Source: Octopus vulgaris
Taxonomy: Eukaryota
NCBI GenBank assembly: GCA_951406725.2
Contig: OX597826.1
Coordinates: 35,464,001 to 35,528,000, forward strand
DNA length: 64,000 bases
Reading direction: 5' to 3'
Part shown: positions 1-14,083 of the stretch, in pieces
Position numbering within the stretch: position 1 is the stretch's first letter
Layout of the letters: each line of letters begins with the position of its first letter
Made by a program: the position numbers and the translations under genes
The notes under the pieces: generated by a model
Database searches by the model: none
The model's input: only the letters and a program-made list of their open reading frames with translations
Told to the model about the DNA's origin: nothing

Positions 1-779
1 TTTGGGTGGTAGGTTAGAATTCATCTTCCGGTTTAAAACTACCAACTGCTCATTGGTGCCTTAAAGAGGATCCATTCTTTTGATAGCAAATGTGTAAGAA
101 CCCAAATTAACTTCCCTTCTTTTCTCTCTCCAATCATGAACGTGCCTATAAATGTTTATAGGCATTCTTCTTCATCACTGAAGCACAGACGTCTTCACAC
201 TAATCGTATTAATGATATTAGAAGGTGGATATCATCATTCAGGAGTAAACGTGGACAAAGATTAGTAATTCTTTATAAAAATCGGGTCATTTAATGTTAA
301 TTATTCAGTGACGCCATCTGTATATTAAAAGAAGCGTTATACGACTGACGCTAATTTGTTCTTATTTCTCAGGAGAAAAATATTTCAGAGATTCACATGA
401 ATAACGGGCTTACAGAGGTTGAGTAATTTATCTTGCAATGATTAATTATAATTAATCATTTCAAAGAATTTTCTGCAAAGAAATTATAGCAATTGTCACC
501 AGCAACTCAGTTTTTCACGATGTCACCTTCATTATTGCAGTGATCTAGATTATTGCTATTATGTTAAACTGTCGTATATCCAAATTTGTCTAAATGTGTT
601 CTTTTCAATATTTATTTTTGCTTGCAATGGTCAATTCTTTTGGTCAAACTATTGTATCTCTAGCTGCTTCAGATGACAAAACATGAAAAATTATCAAAGT
701 GTATTACAACGGTTTTGCTATGGAATACTAAGACTATTCTTTCGTCTTCTTAAAAAACAACGTTTTGGATTTACGACAC

Positions 780-1060
780 TTTTGCATAATAACAACGAAA
801 TCATTGGCAGCGTGCAATACGAATTTTTTTTGCAATACTCTAAGTTATGGGTTCTGCTTCGCACAGAACTTACTAAACTCAAGTGTGTTGTGGATTATTT
901 CGGATACAGAACCACGACTGTTTTGTATAATATTTGCCATTTCATCAATAGATGTCCAGCAGAACCATGTTATAAATTTGTTCAATGTTGTCACCAGTAC
1001 AGATGGTGATGAAAGTCTAGGTCGTTCTTCAAACATGACACTTGTTTGAACTCTCGTTAT
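780..1060 (-). mobile_element. Degenerate mariner-family transposase fragment (HTH region to WVP linker)
   Basis: Frameshifted minus-strand peptides EFKQ.., GDNIEQIYNMVLLD, SIDEMANIIQNSRGSVSEIIHNTLEFSKFCAKQNP and IRIARCQ match mariner ENIEKV..LV..D / TIREIA...IS.GSV..I.H..L..RKVCARWVP / K..R...CQ. Confidence 0.75.
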
Positions 1061-1525
1061 TTCAGGGGTTTTTTATGGGGTTTTTTCCCTAATACAGTAT
1101 TTATCTGTGAAACTGTGTTATTATACTGTGCGCCTAGCTGGATATCATCCATGATACTGAATATGGTCGATAAACGCTGCTATTCTATAGACTAGACTCA
1201 AATCAGAGTCGAACAATGATGATGGTGATAATTGACGTTGCGAATTCGAAGTTACAGTGACAAGAGGAAAACCATGTGTAGCAAGGTGTGGCTAGAGGGG
1301 GGAGCGAAAGAGAGAGAGAGTTGAAGAAAGAGAGATTATGTCTCTTATGATACTAGACTGACTATGGGGAGGCCATGTCTAATGATACGTGGCTAAGCAG
1401 AGACTATGCCTTCTGTAAAACAATAGCAATTGGAGGGTAATAATGCCTAGTGATGTGCATCTAAATAAGTTTTGTGCCAGTAAGAGGAAAATATGTTGCA
1501 GATAATTAAGGAGTGATTCCAATAT

Positions 1526-1574
1526 ATGTATGTATGTGTATGTATGTATTTATGTACGTATGTATGTATGTATG

Positions 1575-1615
<41 letters not shown>

Positions 1616-1939
1616 GTCAAGATATTTATCTATCTATCTAACTCTCTATCATACACACAGACCCAAATACACACATGCATATTCATATATGTGTGTATTT
1701 GTGTGTGTGTGTATAATCAAATGATCTGAAAAGTAATACAAGAGAAAGGCAGTCAAATTGCTATGTGCGAGTGTGTGTCTGTGTCTGTATACATACACAC
1801 ACACACACAGAGAGACACACGCACACACACACATTCACACACACATATATATTTGGAGAGAGACTGATATAGCTATAGACAGATCCGTGTCTGCATTCAT
1901 ATATATATACACATGCATATGCATCCAAATACATATATA

Positions 1940-1990
<51 letters not shown>

Positions 1991-2092
1991 AAATGAAGAA
2001 AATGCTGACAAATAATTGAAGTAATTTAAGTAATTTAATTAGGTGAATGTTCTTTTACCGGTTGCGCATTTGTTATGCTTATCAAAATATAT

Positions 2093-2167
<75 letters not shown>
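1526..2167. repeat. Compound microsatellite field (TATG, TATC, TG/CA, TA)
   Basis: Directly visible simple repeats. Confidence 0.95.
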
Positions 2168-3119
2168 TTTTAAGTACCGAATGTAACAGTGTGCAAGAAC
2201 CATTTCAACAAAAATATGAGAAAAATGCCTGACATCAACCTTTTGATTAGTAAGTTCTTTCTCTACTGACAAGAGTTACTGTCCACAAATGAGTAATTGT
2301 GGAGTCGAGGGTGGGTAAATGGACTGGTGCTCCATTATCTGTCCCTCTTAACAATTTTTGACATTATCAGAGTATGCTAGCCAATTAATACACTCATTAT
2401 TGCCCAACACATCCCATTGACCTCTCAACTAACTCCCCCTCACACTTACAACCATTCTCAGTATGCTTGTCTTTTGCATTAACTTAATTCTTTGAGCCTG
2501 TCTCCAAATGGTGTCTGGAATTATTCCGACATTGCAGTTTTTCATTTAACCCAAAATTTGCCATTTTTTTTCTTTAAATTATTTCCTATATAAAACCTCT
2601 GATTATCGTCTTCTACTCCAACCTCCTCTGTTTCATTATTTTTTTTCACAGTCATACTGATCATACGTCAGTATTCCTTTTTGGTTTCATTTAATTTTAT
2701 TTTCTGCCTATTATTTCACTCTTCCACTCGTCTCATTTACATGATTTCAATTCAACACTGAAAGACTGTCGGATCATTGACCAAAATCAATAAACTGACT
2801 ATCTATCAGAGATTGCATGCGCTATATTGTATTGGTATGATGTGTAGAAACCCTAAGGAGTTTCCAATTCTGTTTTACCACTTAGCTATGCACTACTTCC
2901 CTGCCCATGATCCCTAAACTTTTAATGGCACCAACTCAATTAATTGCAATAGTCACAACAGGGGTTGGGAACCTAATGATGGCAGCGCAGTGAGTAGGGC
3001 GCGCTAAGCTAAACGTCTACTTTTGTAATAATTCTATCGTTTTATCGTCAGTAATGTTCTGGTATAAACTTCATATCATAAAGCGTATATGAACACACTA
3101 CAAGACTAACTTATATTCG

Positions 3120-3221
3120 TGCACATATACACACGTTAAAAATACATGAATGTATAAAAGGATATTCATATATATATATAAATTAATATATATATATACA
3201 CATACACACATAAATATATAC

Positions 3222-3252
<31 letters not shown>

Positions 3253-3530
3253 CATATATATATACATATATATATGCATATATATATATATATAAATTAA
3301 TATATACACACACATACATACATCTCACTACTTTTTTTATTATATGCATATATAAAGATATATCTGCATATATATGTATAAGTATATGCGTGTGTATGTA
3401 TATATGTATGCATGTATGTGTTTATTTAAGTATATATGTATGTGTTTATGCATGTATGTATGCATGTATGCATGCATTCATGTATTTATGTGTGTATGTA
3501 TGCATATACGTGTCTATGTATGCATACAAT
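3120..3530. repeat. Degenerate TA/TATG microsatellite field
   Basis: Directly visible. Confidence 0.9.
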
Positions 3531-3803
3531 CATTCGTTAGTTTTGTTTGAATGTCTCCTTGTATTTGATCCAAATCTCTATGCTCTGAGTTCAAATTCTG
3601 CAGAGGTCCATTCAGTGTGAATAAAATTTACTATTAATCCAAAGTGCTGGATTCATGGAACTGTAAATCAGTCAGACCGGACACCTTGTAATATGAATTC
3701 TAGTTCTTGCATTTTGACAGCAAATCCCGCAATACGCTACATGGGAGACAGATTTAATTTGCCGACTCGTCAAACACCACCACCCTATTCTGTGGATGTT
3801 TGT

Positions 3804-4174
3804 GTGGAGGCGCAATGGCCCAGTGGTTAGGGCAGCGGACTCGCGGTCGTAGGATCGCGGTTTCCTTGTTAGTGTTTATTGAGCGAAAACACCTAAAGCT
3901 CCATGAGGCTCCGGCAGGGGATGGTGGTGATCCCGGCTGTACTCTTTCACCACAACTTTCTCTAACTCTTACTTCCTGTTTCTGTTGTACCTGTATTTCA
4001 AAGAGCCGGTCTTGTCACTCTCTGTGTCACGCTGAATATCCCCGAGAACTACGTTAAGGGTGCACGTGTCTGTGGAATGCTCAGCCACTTACACGTTAAT
4101 TTCACGAGCAGGCTATTCCGTTGATCAGATCAACCGGAACCCTCGTCGTCGTAACCGACGGAGTTCTTCCATCC
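3804..4174 (+). mobile_element. tRNA-derived SINE, family A, with 17-bp TSD
   Basis: tRNA-like head (TGGCCCAGTGGTTAGGGCAGCGGACTCGCGG); ATTCTGTGGATGTTTGT duplicated at 3787-3803 and 4175-4191; second copy at 62109-62459. Confidence 0.9.
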
Positions 4175-4211
4175 ATTCTGTGGATGTTTGTAACCAAGTA
4201 ATTATCTCTCA

Positions 4212-4430
4212 TAAGGTGGCGAGCTATCAGAATCATTAGTACACAGGACAAGATACTAAGAGCGGTATTTCATCCGTCTTTACATTCTCAGATCAAATTT
4301 CACCAAGGTCGACTTCGCCTTTCATCCTTTCAAGGTCAATAAATTAAGTACCAGTTGAGTAATGGGGTCGATGTAATCAACTTCCCCGCTCCTCGTAATT
4401 GCTGGTCTTGTGCCAAATTTTGCAATTAAT
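4212..4430 (+). mobile_element. SINE family B (central domain GTCGAC..GCCTTTCATCCTTTC..GGTCGATAAA.TAAGTACCAG)
   Basis: Many dispersed copies in the window share this central domain and the 3' TGTGCCAAAATTTGAAA end. Confidence 0.8.
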
Positions 4431-4710
4431 GCTGTCTTTCACCAGGCGGTGGAAGTAAAGGCGAGAGTCCTGTTAAGCCTACCAGTATAAAGCTATCGTT
4501 TGCTTAAAGCGTTTTGCTAACAATTCGACTTCATTACTTCACTTGTGCATAAACCTAGCGGACCTGGAGAGATGACTGTTAAAGGTGGCATTGGCAGGAT
4601 TTGAACACATGACTTTCAAATGTTGGATGAGATACCTAAAAGAATTTTGAATGATGTACTAATGCCTCAGCGAATCCACGATTTTAATAACAAAAATGAA
4701 GGCAACAATG

Positions 4711-4832
4711 AGAAGAAGAAGAAGAAGAAGAAGAAGAAGAAGAAGAAGAAGAAGAAGAAGAAGAAGAAGAAGAAGAAGAAGAAGAAGAAGAAGAAGAAGA
4801 AGAAGAAGAAGAAGAAGAAGAAGAAGAAGAAG
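4711..4832. repeat. (AAG)n microsatellite
   Basis: Perfect trinucleotide run. Confidence 0.99.
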
Positions 4833-5183
4833 CAGCTAGGAAAGGACTAATTTAATTAGATTTTACATAGCAATGAAGTGGTAAATGAAAGCGAAATGAT
4901 GACGATGAAGCTAATGTTTATGATGGAAAGTGAAAACGTGATGATGGTGTCTGACTACATCAATCTGATTACATAAAGTCAGGCTTAAGAAGGCTTCAAA
5001 GTGACTGTAATCAAAACCATCTCATGTTTGTGCTGTGGTAAATTTGTCCTTGACAAACCGGAAGGCCATTACCAAACGTAACAAATCAACACTTTGCATG
5101 TATTGAGTAGTTATGCATACATGCATACAATTATTGCACATACATGGTACATGCATACATGTCTACATATATCTATACATATG

Positions 5184-5214
<31 letters not shown>

Positions 5215-5409
5215 ATACGTATATACAGACATGTACACAAGATATATATGTCTATATAAAAACGTATATATATATATGCATATATGTTTATATATATATG
5301 AACACGTATATATATATTTTTTTTTTTGTGATAAAGCTTAAATACATCTGACATCTTCTTTAAACATGGGGCAAAGCCAGTGTACTTACCCGCTTGCCCT
5401 GAATATTAA

Positions 5410-5465
<56 letters not shown>

Positions 5466-6540
5466 AATTAGATTATTAAATTTCTTTTTCAGTCGAATAA
5501 GAGATTATCAAACACAAAGATTTGTACACATATGCTTGCGCGTGTGCCTGTGTGAGATAGTTCCGTTACAGAGATCACGTGATTGCATTCCTTGCAATAT
5601 AGTTATAAAAATACAAGTGGAAGTATTGCTGATACTTTTCTGCAGAATCCAATCACTTTATTACAAATTGTTGAAGAACTGTCTCTTGTGCTACCTGTAG
5701 GACCTTTTTCTTTTTGCATGCCTTAGTCTTGGGATAGAAAACATAACTAACTCTATTCGAAATCCATGAAGAATCCTTGCTCTAATGGTTACAGCAATAA
5801 GAAGCTACAGATCAGCATCTTGCATTCTTCTCACACTCAGATACCTGCCTAAATCCTGAAAGTACTTTAGTAAAGACCCTGTAGAATCATTTGGGGAATT
5901 TAAATAGGTGAACAGACATACAGTTATAAGCAAAAAACATCACAAATTATCTCCAAATTAGTGGCAGGGAGCAGGGATACAAGAAAAATAGTAATATTTC
6001 ATTTATATAAATATTAAAACATAAAAACTACGTTAGAATTGTTACCTCAAATGCATCTAGTGTTCCCCATATTTTGAGTAATATATCCCTTCATGAAATT
6101 TTAAAATAAACTACAAGGAAAATTTATATTTTTTTTATTTCCTAGCTCTCTTTAATATACATAAACAGCTATTTTACATTAAATATTTTTATATAGTATT
6201 CAATTTATTTATTCATTTTTCATCATGTATGTAATCTTTCCATTCTTTTGTAGCAAACTTATATTTTCTTGTTACATATATTCTACAATGATTCAAGCAA
6301 AGTAGATTTCTAAATGTGCGTGAAAGAGTCAACATGAGGAAGATGCTTCACAAACATTGGTACTTCTCTGCCACGCGAAAATAACGTCTACATCACACAA
6401 AAAAAACTGTCGGTGACTTTCAAATACTCAGAAAGATCGCAGTTAGTGGAGAAAGTATCAGTTGTGCATGAAGAAATCCTCTCCATTGAAAACAGCTATC
6501 TGCTTATATACATTCATACATACATACATACATACATACA

Positions 6541-6577
<37 letters not shown>

Positions 6578-6987
6578 ATACATATCAATGTAAATATGTG
6601 AGTGTATATATGTATGTGTTTATGTTCAAGATTATATTCTTTCATATATATTGTTATCTCCTTGCTATTGTTTCCTTTTTCCCCCACATCTCCACATTTT
6701 TTCAAGAGTGTTTCTGTGAAAAGACGCCATCTTGACGTCAAAATACATTGAAAAATTAAAATAATATGGTTTTATATACAATAAGGGTCACCATTTTTGT
6801 CTATTCCAGATTAAATTAGATTATAAATATTACTATAATAGAATATTTTCGAAAATAGTTTATGTATTTTGTCTTAGAGAGGAAAAAAAATCTCAAAAAT
6901 ATCGAATTAAAAAGAAACTCTTCACTATATCACAAGATACAACCAAAACAACAAATGCAACAATAACAGCAAATTAATTACAACAAT

Positions 6988-7018
6988 ATTATTATTATTA
7001 TCATCATCATCATCATCA

Positions 7019-7102
<84 letters not shown>
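6988..7102. repeat. (ATT)n/(ATC)n microsatellite
   Basis: Directly visible. Confidence 0.97.
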
Positions 7103-7104
<2 letters not shown>

Positions 7105-7107
7105 GCA

Positions 7108-7262
7108 CTACGTTCTGAATTCGGATTCCACAGAGGTCAACTCTACATTTGATCTTTTTGGGGTTAATAAAATAAGTACCAGCTGAACTCGAGGATCGAT
7201 TTAATCGACTTACACCCTCCTTTGAAATGACTGACCTTCAGCCAAAATTTGAAATCAATATT
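7108..7262 (+). mobile_element. SINE family B, 5'-truncated
   Basis: Central domain and 3' end similar to 4212-4430. Confidence 0.7.
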
Positions 7263-7285
7263 ATCATTATTATTATTATAGTTAT

Positions 7286-7826
7286 AGGCGCAGGTGTGGG
7301 TGAGTGGTAAGAGGTTTGCTTTCGCATCACATGGCTCTGGGTTCACTACCATTGCATGACACTTTGAGCAGGTGTCTTCTACGATAGACTTGGGATGACA
7401 AAAGCCTTCTGAGTGGATTTGGTACACAGAAACTGAAAGAACATGTGTGTGCGTGCGCACGTATGTGTGTATGCCTATATGTCGTCATCATATATATGTA
7501 TACATATGTATATATACATATACACATATATATATATGTATGTATATATATATATATATATATATATACATACATATATATGTGTATATGTATGTATTTA
7601 ATAGTGAGTGTGTGTCTTTGTGTTTGCGTTTGTCCATCACCACCATTTGACAACCAGTGTTAGTGTGTTTACGTTCCTGTAACTTAGCAGTTTGATAGGA
7701 TATAAAGACCAGGTATAAAAACTGAAACAAGTAGTGGGGTCGATTCATTCTACTAAAAACTTTTTAAGGTGGTACAGTAGCATGGCCACAGTCTAATGAC
7801 TTAAACAACTAAAAAGATGAAAGATA
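7286..7826 (+). mobile_element. tRNA-derived SINE family C with internal TA/TG microsatellite
   Basis: Head AGGCGCAGG.GTGG.TG.GTGGTAAG, internal microsatellite, 3' GCATGGCC.CAGTC.AATGACT.AAACAA; about 8 copies in window. Confidence 0.85.
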
Positions 7827-8098
7827 GTTTTGGTTATCATTATTATTGAACACTGCCATTAATTGGAAGCAGAGCATTTTAGACAATTCCACAGACACAT
7901 TACTTGACTCGTATTTGAAATTGGTGACCTCACAACGATGAAAGGCATTAGCTATCCCCCGCAGGATTTGAACACAAAACCTAATGAGAAGTGAGGGCAT
8001 ACAGTGCTTGCCAATTCATTCCCCACTCTACAGCTTCTGCTCAAATAGTTCCCAATTCCCTCCCATTAATGACAGTAATAATAATTAAATAATAACAC

Positions 8099-8139
8099 TG
8101 CTACTCCTACTACTACTACTAACGATGATGATGATGATG

Positions 8140-8219
<80 letters not shown>

Positions 8220-8251
8220 TAATAATAATAATAAAATAATAATAATAATAA

Positions 8252-8340
<89 letters not shown>

Positions 8341-8348
8341 GTAATAGT
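8099..8348. repeat. (ACT)/(GAT)/(AAT)n microsatellite
   Basis: Directly visible. Confidence 0.98.
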
Positions 8349-9583
8349 AAGGATGAAAGGATGGTGATAATGTTTAATTTTTTTTATTCAAAATCAATAT
8401 TGATGATTTTGTGATTAATTCACATGACAGAAGTGACAATAATCAGAACTAAACCAATGAGATGATGATGATGATGATGACGATGATGATACCGTAGTGT
8501 TAGTGAAGGAAGAGGATGAGGAGGAAGTAGAGGACAAGAAGATGAAGATAATGACGACGAAGATGATGACGACGACAAATGATGATTATGAAGACCACAA
8601 CCATTTCGCTGTTTCAGTGGTGGAGATGATTGCAGAGATGCTTATAACAATAACATAAGTAGCAATACTAATACTACTAAGAAGAAGAAGAAGAAGAAAA
8701 ACAAAATCAACTATGACGACAAAAGCAATAATAATAATCATTTTTATTGTTGCTGTCGATGCTATCATCATCATCATCATCTTCACCAAATTATTATGAT
8801 ACTGATATCACATGGCAAATATTGCTGCTCTTAAGTTTTGCTTCATGAATGGTAACATCCAGGCATAAAAATTAAAGTTATCTCACATTTTACAGCCTCA
8901 TATATCATGTAACTACACATTCAATGTGATTAAACTTGTGTATATTTTGAAATCATCTTCAAAACAACTCCTGCCATAACACACCATTTACTTGTCATCA
9001 GGACAGCAAGCTAGCAGCGATAAACAACATGGAGTGTTGGCTTGGAGTTGAAAGAGCAAAAGATTGATAAATTTATCTGAATAAGCCACTAGCTGCCAGC
9101 TAAAAGTCATTTATAAGTTCTCTATAAATCCCAGCAACTACCAGCCCACTATATATATCTTTCTCTCTGTTATTGTTGAGATTATGAAGCAAGTTATCTA
9201 AAACCTGTGAATGCAGTGAACAGTTTGATTTTAATTATTAAGATATGTCATTTCCAAAATATGATGATGTACGAATGACTAGTTATTCGATTGGTGCTGC
9301 TTGAAACTCAGAACCGTCCTGTGACAAATTACCATTCACCATGACCAAACTGACCTGTGAGCAAACACAATTACAGTTTGGTGTAAATTTGAATGGAAGT
9401 TATACACGATCATTTTGAGATGAGTAGAGGTGGATGTACTTTAGAATGAAGTGTAAGCTTAGTGAGGAGTGATAAATTAGATGATCTGCGAATCAACTGT
9501 ACGTAACTTAGTATAGTAAAAATTGGCAACAAAATCACTGCTTTTTACTGAGTTCAATATAATTAGAAACTGTATACTATATT

Positions 9584-9790
9584 ACTCTTTTTACTTGTTT
9601 CAGTCAATTGAATGCGGCGATGCTGGAGCACTGCCTTTTGTTGAACAAATCGATCCCAGGAATTATTCTTTGTAAGCCTAGTACTTATGCTATCGGTCTA
9701 TTTTGCCAAACCACTAAGTTATGGGGACGTAAACACACCAGCAATGGTTGTCAAGCGATGTTGGGGGAACAAACACAGACACGCAAACAT

Positions 9791-9851
<61 letters not shown>

Positions 9852-9997
9852 GCTCCTTTCAGTTTACATCAACCAAATCCGCTCACAAGGCTTTGGTTGG
9901 CCTGAGGCTATAGTAGAAGATACTTGCCCAAGGTGCCACGCAGAGGAACTGAACCCGGAACCATGTGGTTGGTAAGCAAGCTACTTACCACACACCC
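9584..9997 (-). mobile_element. SINE family C
   Basis: Reverse complement aligns by eye with 33818-34255. Confidence 0.88.
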
Positions 9998-10426
9998 ATG
10001 ACATTACTGAAAGACATTACTTTCAGCTTTCATCTAAACTTTATATATAGAAAGTACCAACTGGCCTCCTTTATGTTAAAAAATCGAAATCAATGAGCAC
10101 AAATTCTATTCAGGTCAACTCTATTTTCCATCCGCCTGGAGGCCAATAAAATAAAATACCAGTCATATAACGATGGCACATAACCAAGTCGTTCTGGTGT
10201 TGCATATACGCTCAGCAGAATGTTGGTTCGATTCTTAGACTGGGTAGCAAGTTGTATTCTTGAGCAAAACACTATATTTATCGTTGCTCTAGTGATGTGT
10301 GAGGATTAGTGCAGCAAATAACAGACCCAAAGTTTTTTCTGTGTGTCGTAAAAGGTGACTGAAAGGGGTTGCGGTAGGATTTGTACTCTGGCATAGTAAA
10401 ACTACCACCATCACCACCACCACTAC

Positions 10427-10728
10427 AGGCGCAGGAGTGGCTGTGTGGTAAGTAGCTTGCTAACCAACCTCATGGTTCCGGGTTCAGTCCCACTGCGTGG
10501 CACCTTGGGCAAGTATCTTCTGCTATAGCCCCGGGCCGACCAATGCCTTGTGAGTGAATTTGGTAGACGGAAACTGAAAGAAGCCTGTCGTATATATGTA
10601 TATATATATATATATATGTTTGCGTATATGTTTGTGTGTCTGTGTTTGTCTCCCTAGCATTGCTTGACAACCGATGCTGGTGTGTTTAACAGACCGATAG
10701 AATAAGTACTGGGCTTACAAAGAGTAAG
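10427..10728 (+). mobile_element. SINE family C, internally deleted
   Basis: Head nearly identical to the 33818 copy. Confidence 0.88.
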
Positions 10729-11100
10729 TAAACGATTCTGCCAGCTCACCACTTAACCTAGAGAGTTATATTGAAAGACATTGAATTAATGCTGTGTAAC
10801 ATTTAAAATACCTCAGTCGGAGAGATTTGATGAAAAAGCAGTTTAAATCACTTTTCATTTTATATTTTTCATTCTATTATCAAATATTCACAAAGAGATA
10901 AAAGCGTGAGATACACTCCTGTTTTAAGTGGTAGAATAACGACAGTTGAATATTACTCAAACCATATCCTATGGTTAGATGAACGGAACTCCAAAAACAA
11001 TATACTTTTAGATACACCGTGTATGAAAACAAACGAAGCATCATAGTTGCAATGTCTTAGATTATAACACTTTTTGACGAGGGATGGAGTGAGACAAAGC

Positions 11101-11133
<33 letters not shown>

Positions 11134-11349
11134 CATGCTTTTCTATGGACGATCTTTTCCTTCCAACATTTTCTCTCCTCTAGACTTTTGCTCAAAACAT
11201 CATTTCTATTCTTATTTTTCCATGTAAAACTTTTGATCATGTACGAATAATTGACTATGGTTTTTCTTTCCTGTTTTATGGTTCCGTGGTTTGCCTATAT
11301 ATAACACACATATATACATCCTAAATTATATATATATATATATATAAAA

Positions 11350-11518
11350 ATTTTTTCCTCCGTCTTCCCTTCATTGGATCTTTCCTTTTCCTATGTTTCT
11401 GACGAAACGTTAAACCCTCCTTCTTTCTTTCTTTCTTTCCTGAGCGTCCAGTAATACTATACTTGATCCACGTCCTCGCGTTGTTGTGTTTTCTCTTTGT
11501 GTTTTTATGTTTGTATTA

Positions 11519-11520
<2 letters not shown>
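11350..11520 (+). mobile_element. Short dispersed repeat with hammerhead-like relic (family H2)
   Basis: Homologous to reverse complement of 19666-19870; GTTT-CTGACGA-AACGTT-AAAC at 11395-11415; flanked by (TA)n. Confidence 0.7.
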
Positions 11521-11596
<76 letters not shown>

Positions 11597-12321
11597 AGGA
11601 TAGCACAAAGGTTCTGTCGAAAGGCATAGAAAACTGACTGTTGGCCTGGTTGTGCTGGTGGATCACTGCACACTCACGACAGATGGTAAATCTTTTCCTA
11701 CTGCTTCAAACTTTAAACTTCACATTCAGAAATAAACAAAAACCATAATGTTGAAGTCGTATAACGAATATAGCAGAAGCTTTATATATTTATATTTATA
11801 CCAGAGTTGTAAATTCAGTGCAACAATTCGAATTTGAACATCAATACAGATATTTCCTTATTTCATATGAAATACTGAACCCACCACAAGTGCACACACA
11901 CACACGCACACACACATATATATATATATAGGGAGACAAAGAGACGTATGTATGCATATATGTGTAAGCGTATATGTATTGAGCTCAATATTTCATAATT
12001 GTTGTAGTCTGTAATATATATATATTTTTATGGTTACAGCAGCATTGAATTATTTACCATGGGTCAGAAGATTTTCCAGTTGAAAATAAGGACACCTACT
12101 TGGTGAATATATTAGAGACATATGTTAAATTTTGTCAATGCAGCAAAACATATCAGACGAATAAAATAAGAAAAATAATCATGACAGTTTTGTAAAAAAT
12201 AACAAAATAAAAACTATCAAAAATCTAGAAAAAACACATGCACACGAATACATATATATCATACATATGTGTGTGTATATCTACCTACATATAATATATA
12301 TAATATCTTAAATATACATAT

Positions 12322-12414
<93 letters not shown>

Positions 12415-12727
12415 ATCATTCAATGAGATATTGATAGGAGAAAGAATTCAACAGAATTATATTTTGTTTATTTATGGTCTGTTATTTTGCTTTTTTTTTT
12501 ACTCTACACACAACAGTTCTACCAGGCAAACCCCCTAGGAATAAATTTCTGAATTTCATTCAAGATTTCTTTAGTTAATATGAACAAAGAAGTAAAGATA
12601 GATGAGACGAGATAGCACATTATGCATCTATGGGTGTCTTGAGCTGATAAATCATCTATCATAAAGCAAGCATTGCATTTTTTGCATATGTTAGTGTATT
12701 GTGTGTGTGTGTGTTTGTGTGTGTATG

Positions 12728-12760
<33 letters not shown>

Positions 12761-13036
12761 TTGTGAGCGTAATTCACAGGCTGTATGCGCAGACAGACCA
12801 CAATGAAATATAAATAAAAATAACATTAAGAAAATATATAAAAGTAAAATAAAGAATGATTATACAGAGGAAGGCATAAAAAGTTGACATAGGCGTAGGT
12901 TATGATACAATAATGAAAAACAGAAATGAATAAATAAAATAAAATAAGAGTAGGAACAAGAAGAATAACTATAACAGTTCAAGAGCTGCTAAATTTCTAT
13001 CAAAATTTTATTTTCATCATATTTCGGCCAAAAAGG

Positions 13037-13116
<80 letters not shown>

Positions 13117-13574
13117 TGTGTGTATATATGTGTGCAAATGTATATGTACATTGGCTTTTATGCATACACGCACATATTCATATTTGGATGTATATTTGTT
13201 TCTATGTACACAGATATATGCTGAACCTTTTTGGCCGAAATATTATGAAAATAAAATATATATATCTTAATGTACGTCGACATCTGAAACTATGCGACCA
13301 TCACCAGAACTAAGTTCAGATCAGCCCACAGTCCCGGACTGGCAGGAGCCGTTCAGCAATGCTGCTAGTTCTAGTAGTATCTGAACGCCTTGGCATTTTC
13401 AAGCATGTTGGAGATGGGTCTTTCCTTTCTTAATACAATTATATACATGTATATATAATTATTAATTTAATGTATAACTTACTTATAAATTTTTATTGCA
13501 TGCTGACTACCTGCTAAAAATCACTAACGTGGTTTTATCCTTATATTCTAGTATAAATTTATATGTATATATAT

Positions 13575-13800
13575 TACGGAGATGTACTTGCATAGCAAAT
13601 GACTTGATCTGAGATCGTGTGATGAAACAAAAACAATTGCAGCGTGGAAGATGTTTATAAGCCATTTAAGAACACACAAAAAAATTGTTAGATTCACTTC
13701 GACATTTGAATTTAATTTGTAACAAGATATTTTCGTTGCTTTGAAACTGCAACCTATTCACTGACAAAATTTCGTGCTGCAGTACAAAATTTTGTCATAT
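13575..13800 (-). repeat. Probable short repeat containing variant hammerhead-like motif
   Basis: Minus strand TTTGTCA-GTGAATA-G-GTTGC-loop-GCAAC-GAAAATATC at 13716-13769; single copy in window. Confidence 0.45.
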
Positions 13801-13871
13801 TAAATGGTCATTATATATATCTCCACATAGAAACAAATATTAAAGTATACATATATATTCATACCTATATA

Positions 13872-14033
13872 TTCTTTTATTTGTTTCAGTCATTTGGCTG
13901 CAGCCATGCTGGAGCACTGCCTTTAGTTGAACATATTGCTCTCTTTTGCCAAACCGCTAAGTTACGGGGATGTAAACACACCAACATCGGTTGTCAGGTG
14001 ATGGTGGCGTGACAAACACAGACACACAAACAT

Positions 14034-14083
<50 letters not shown>

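Noticed and set aside
4620-4850. Poly-Lys ORF
   Set aside because: Reading of an (AAG)n repeat.
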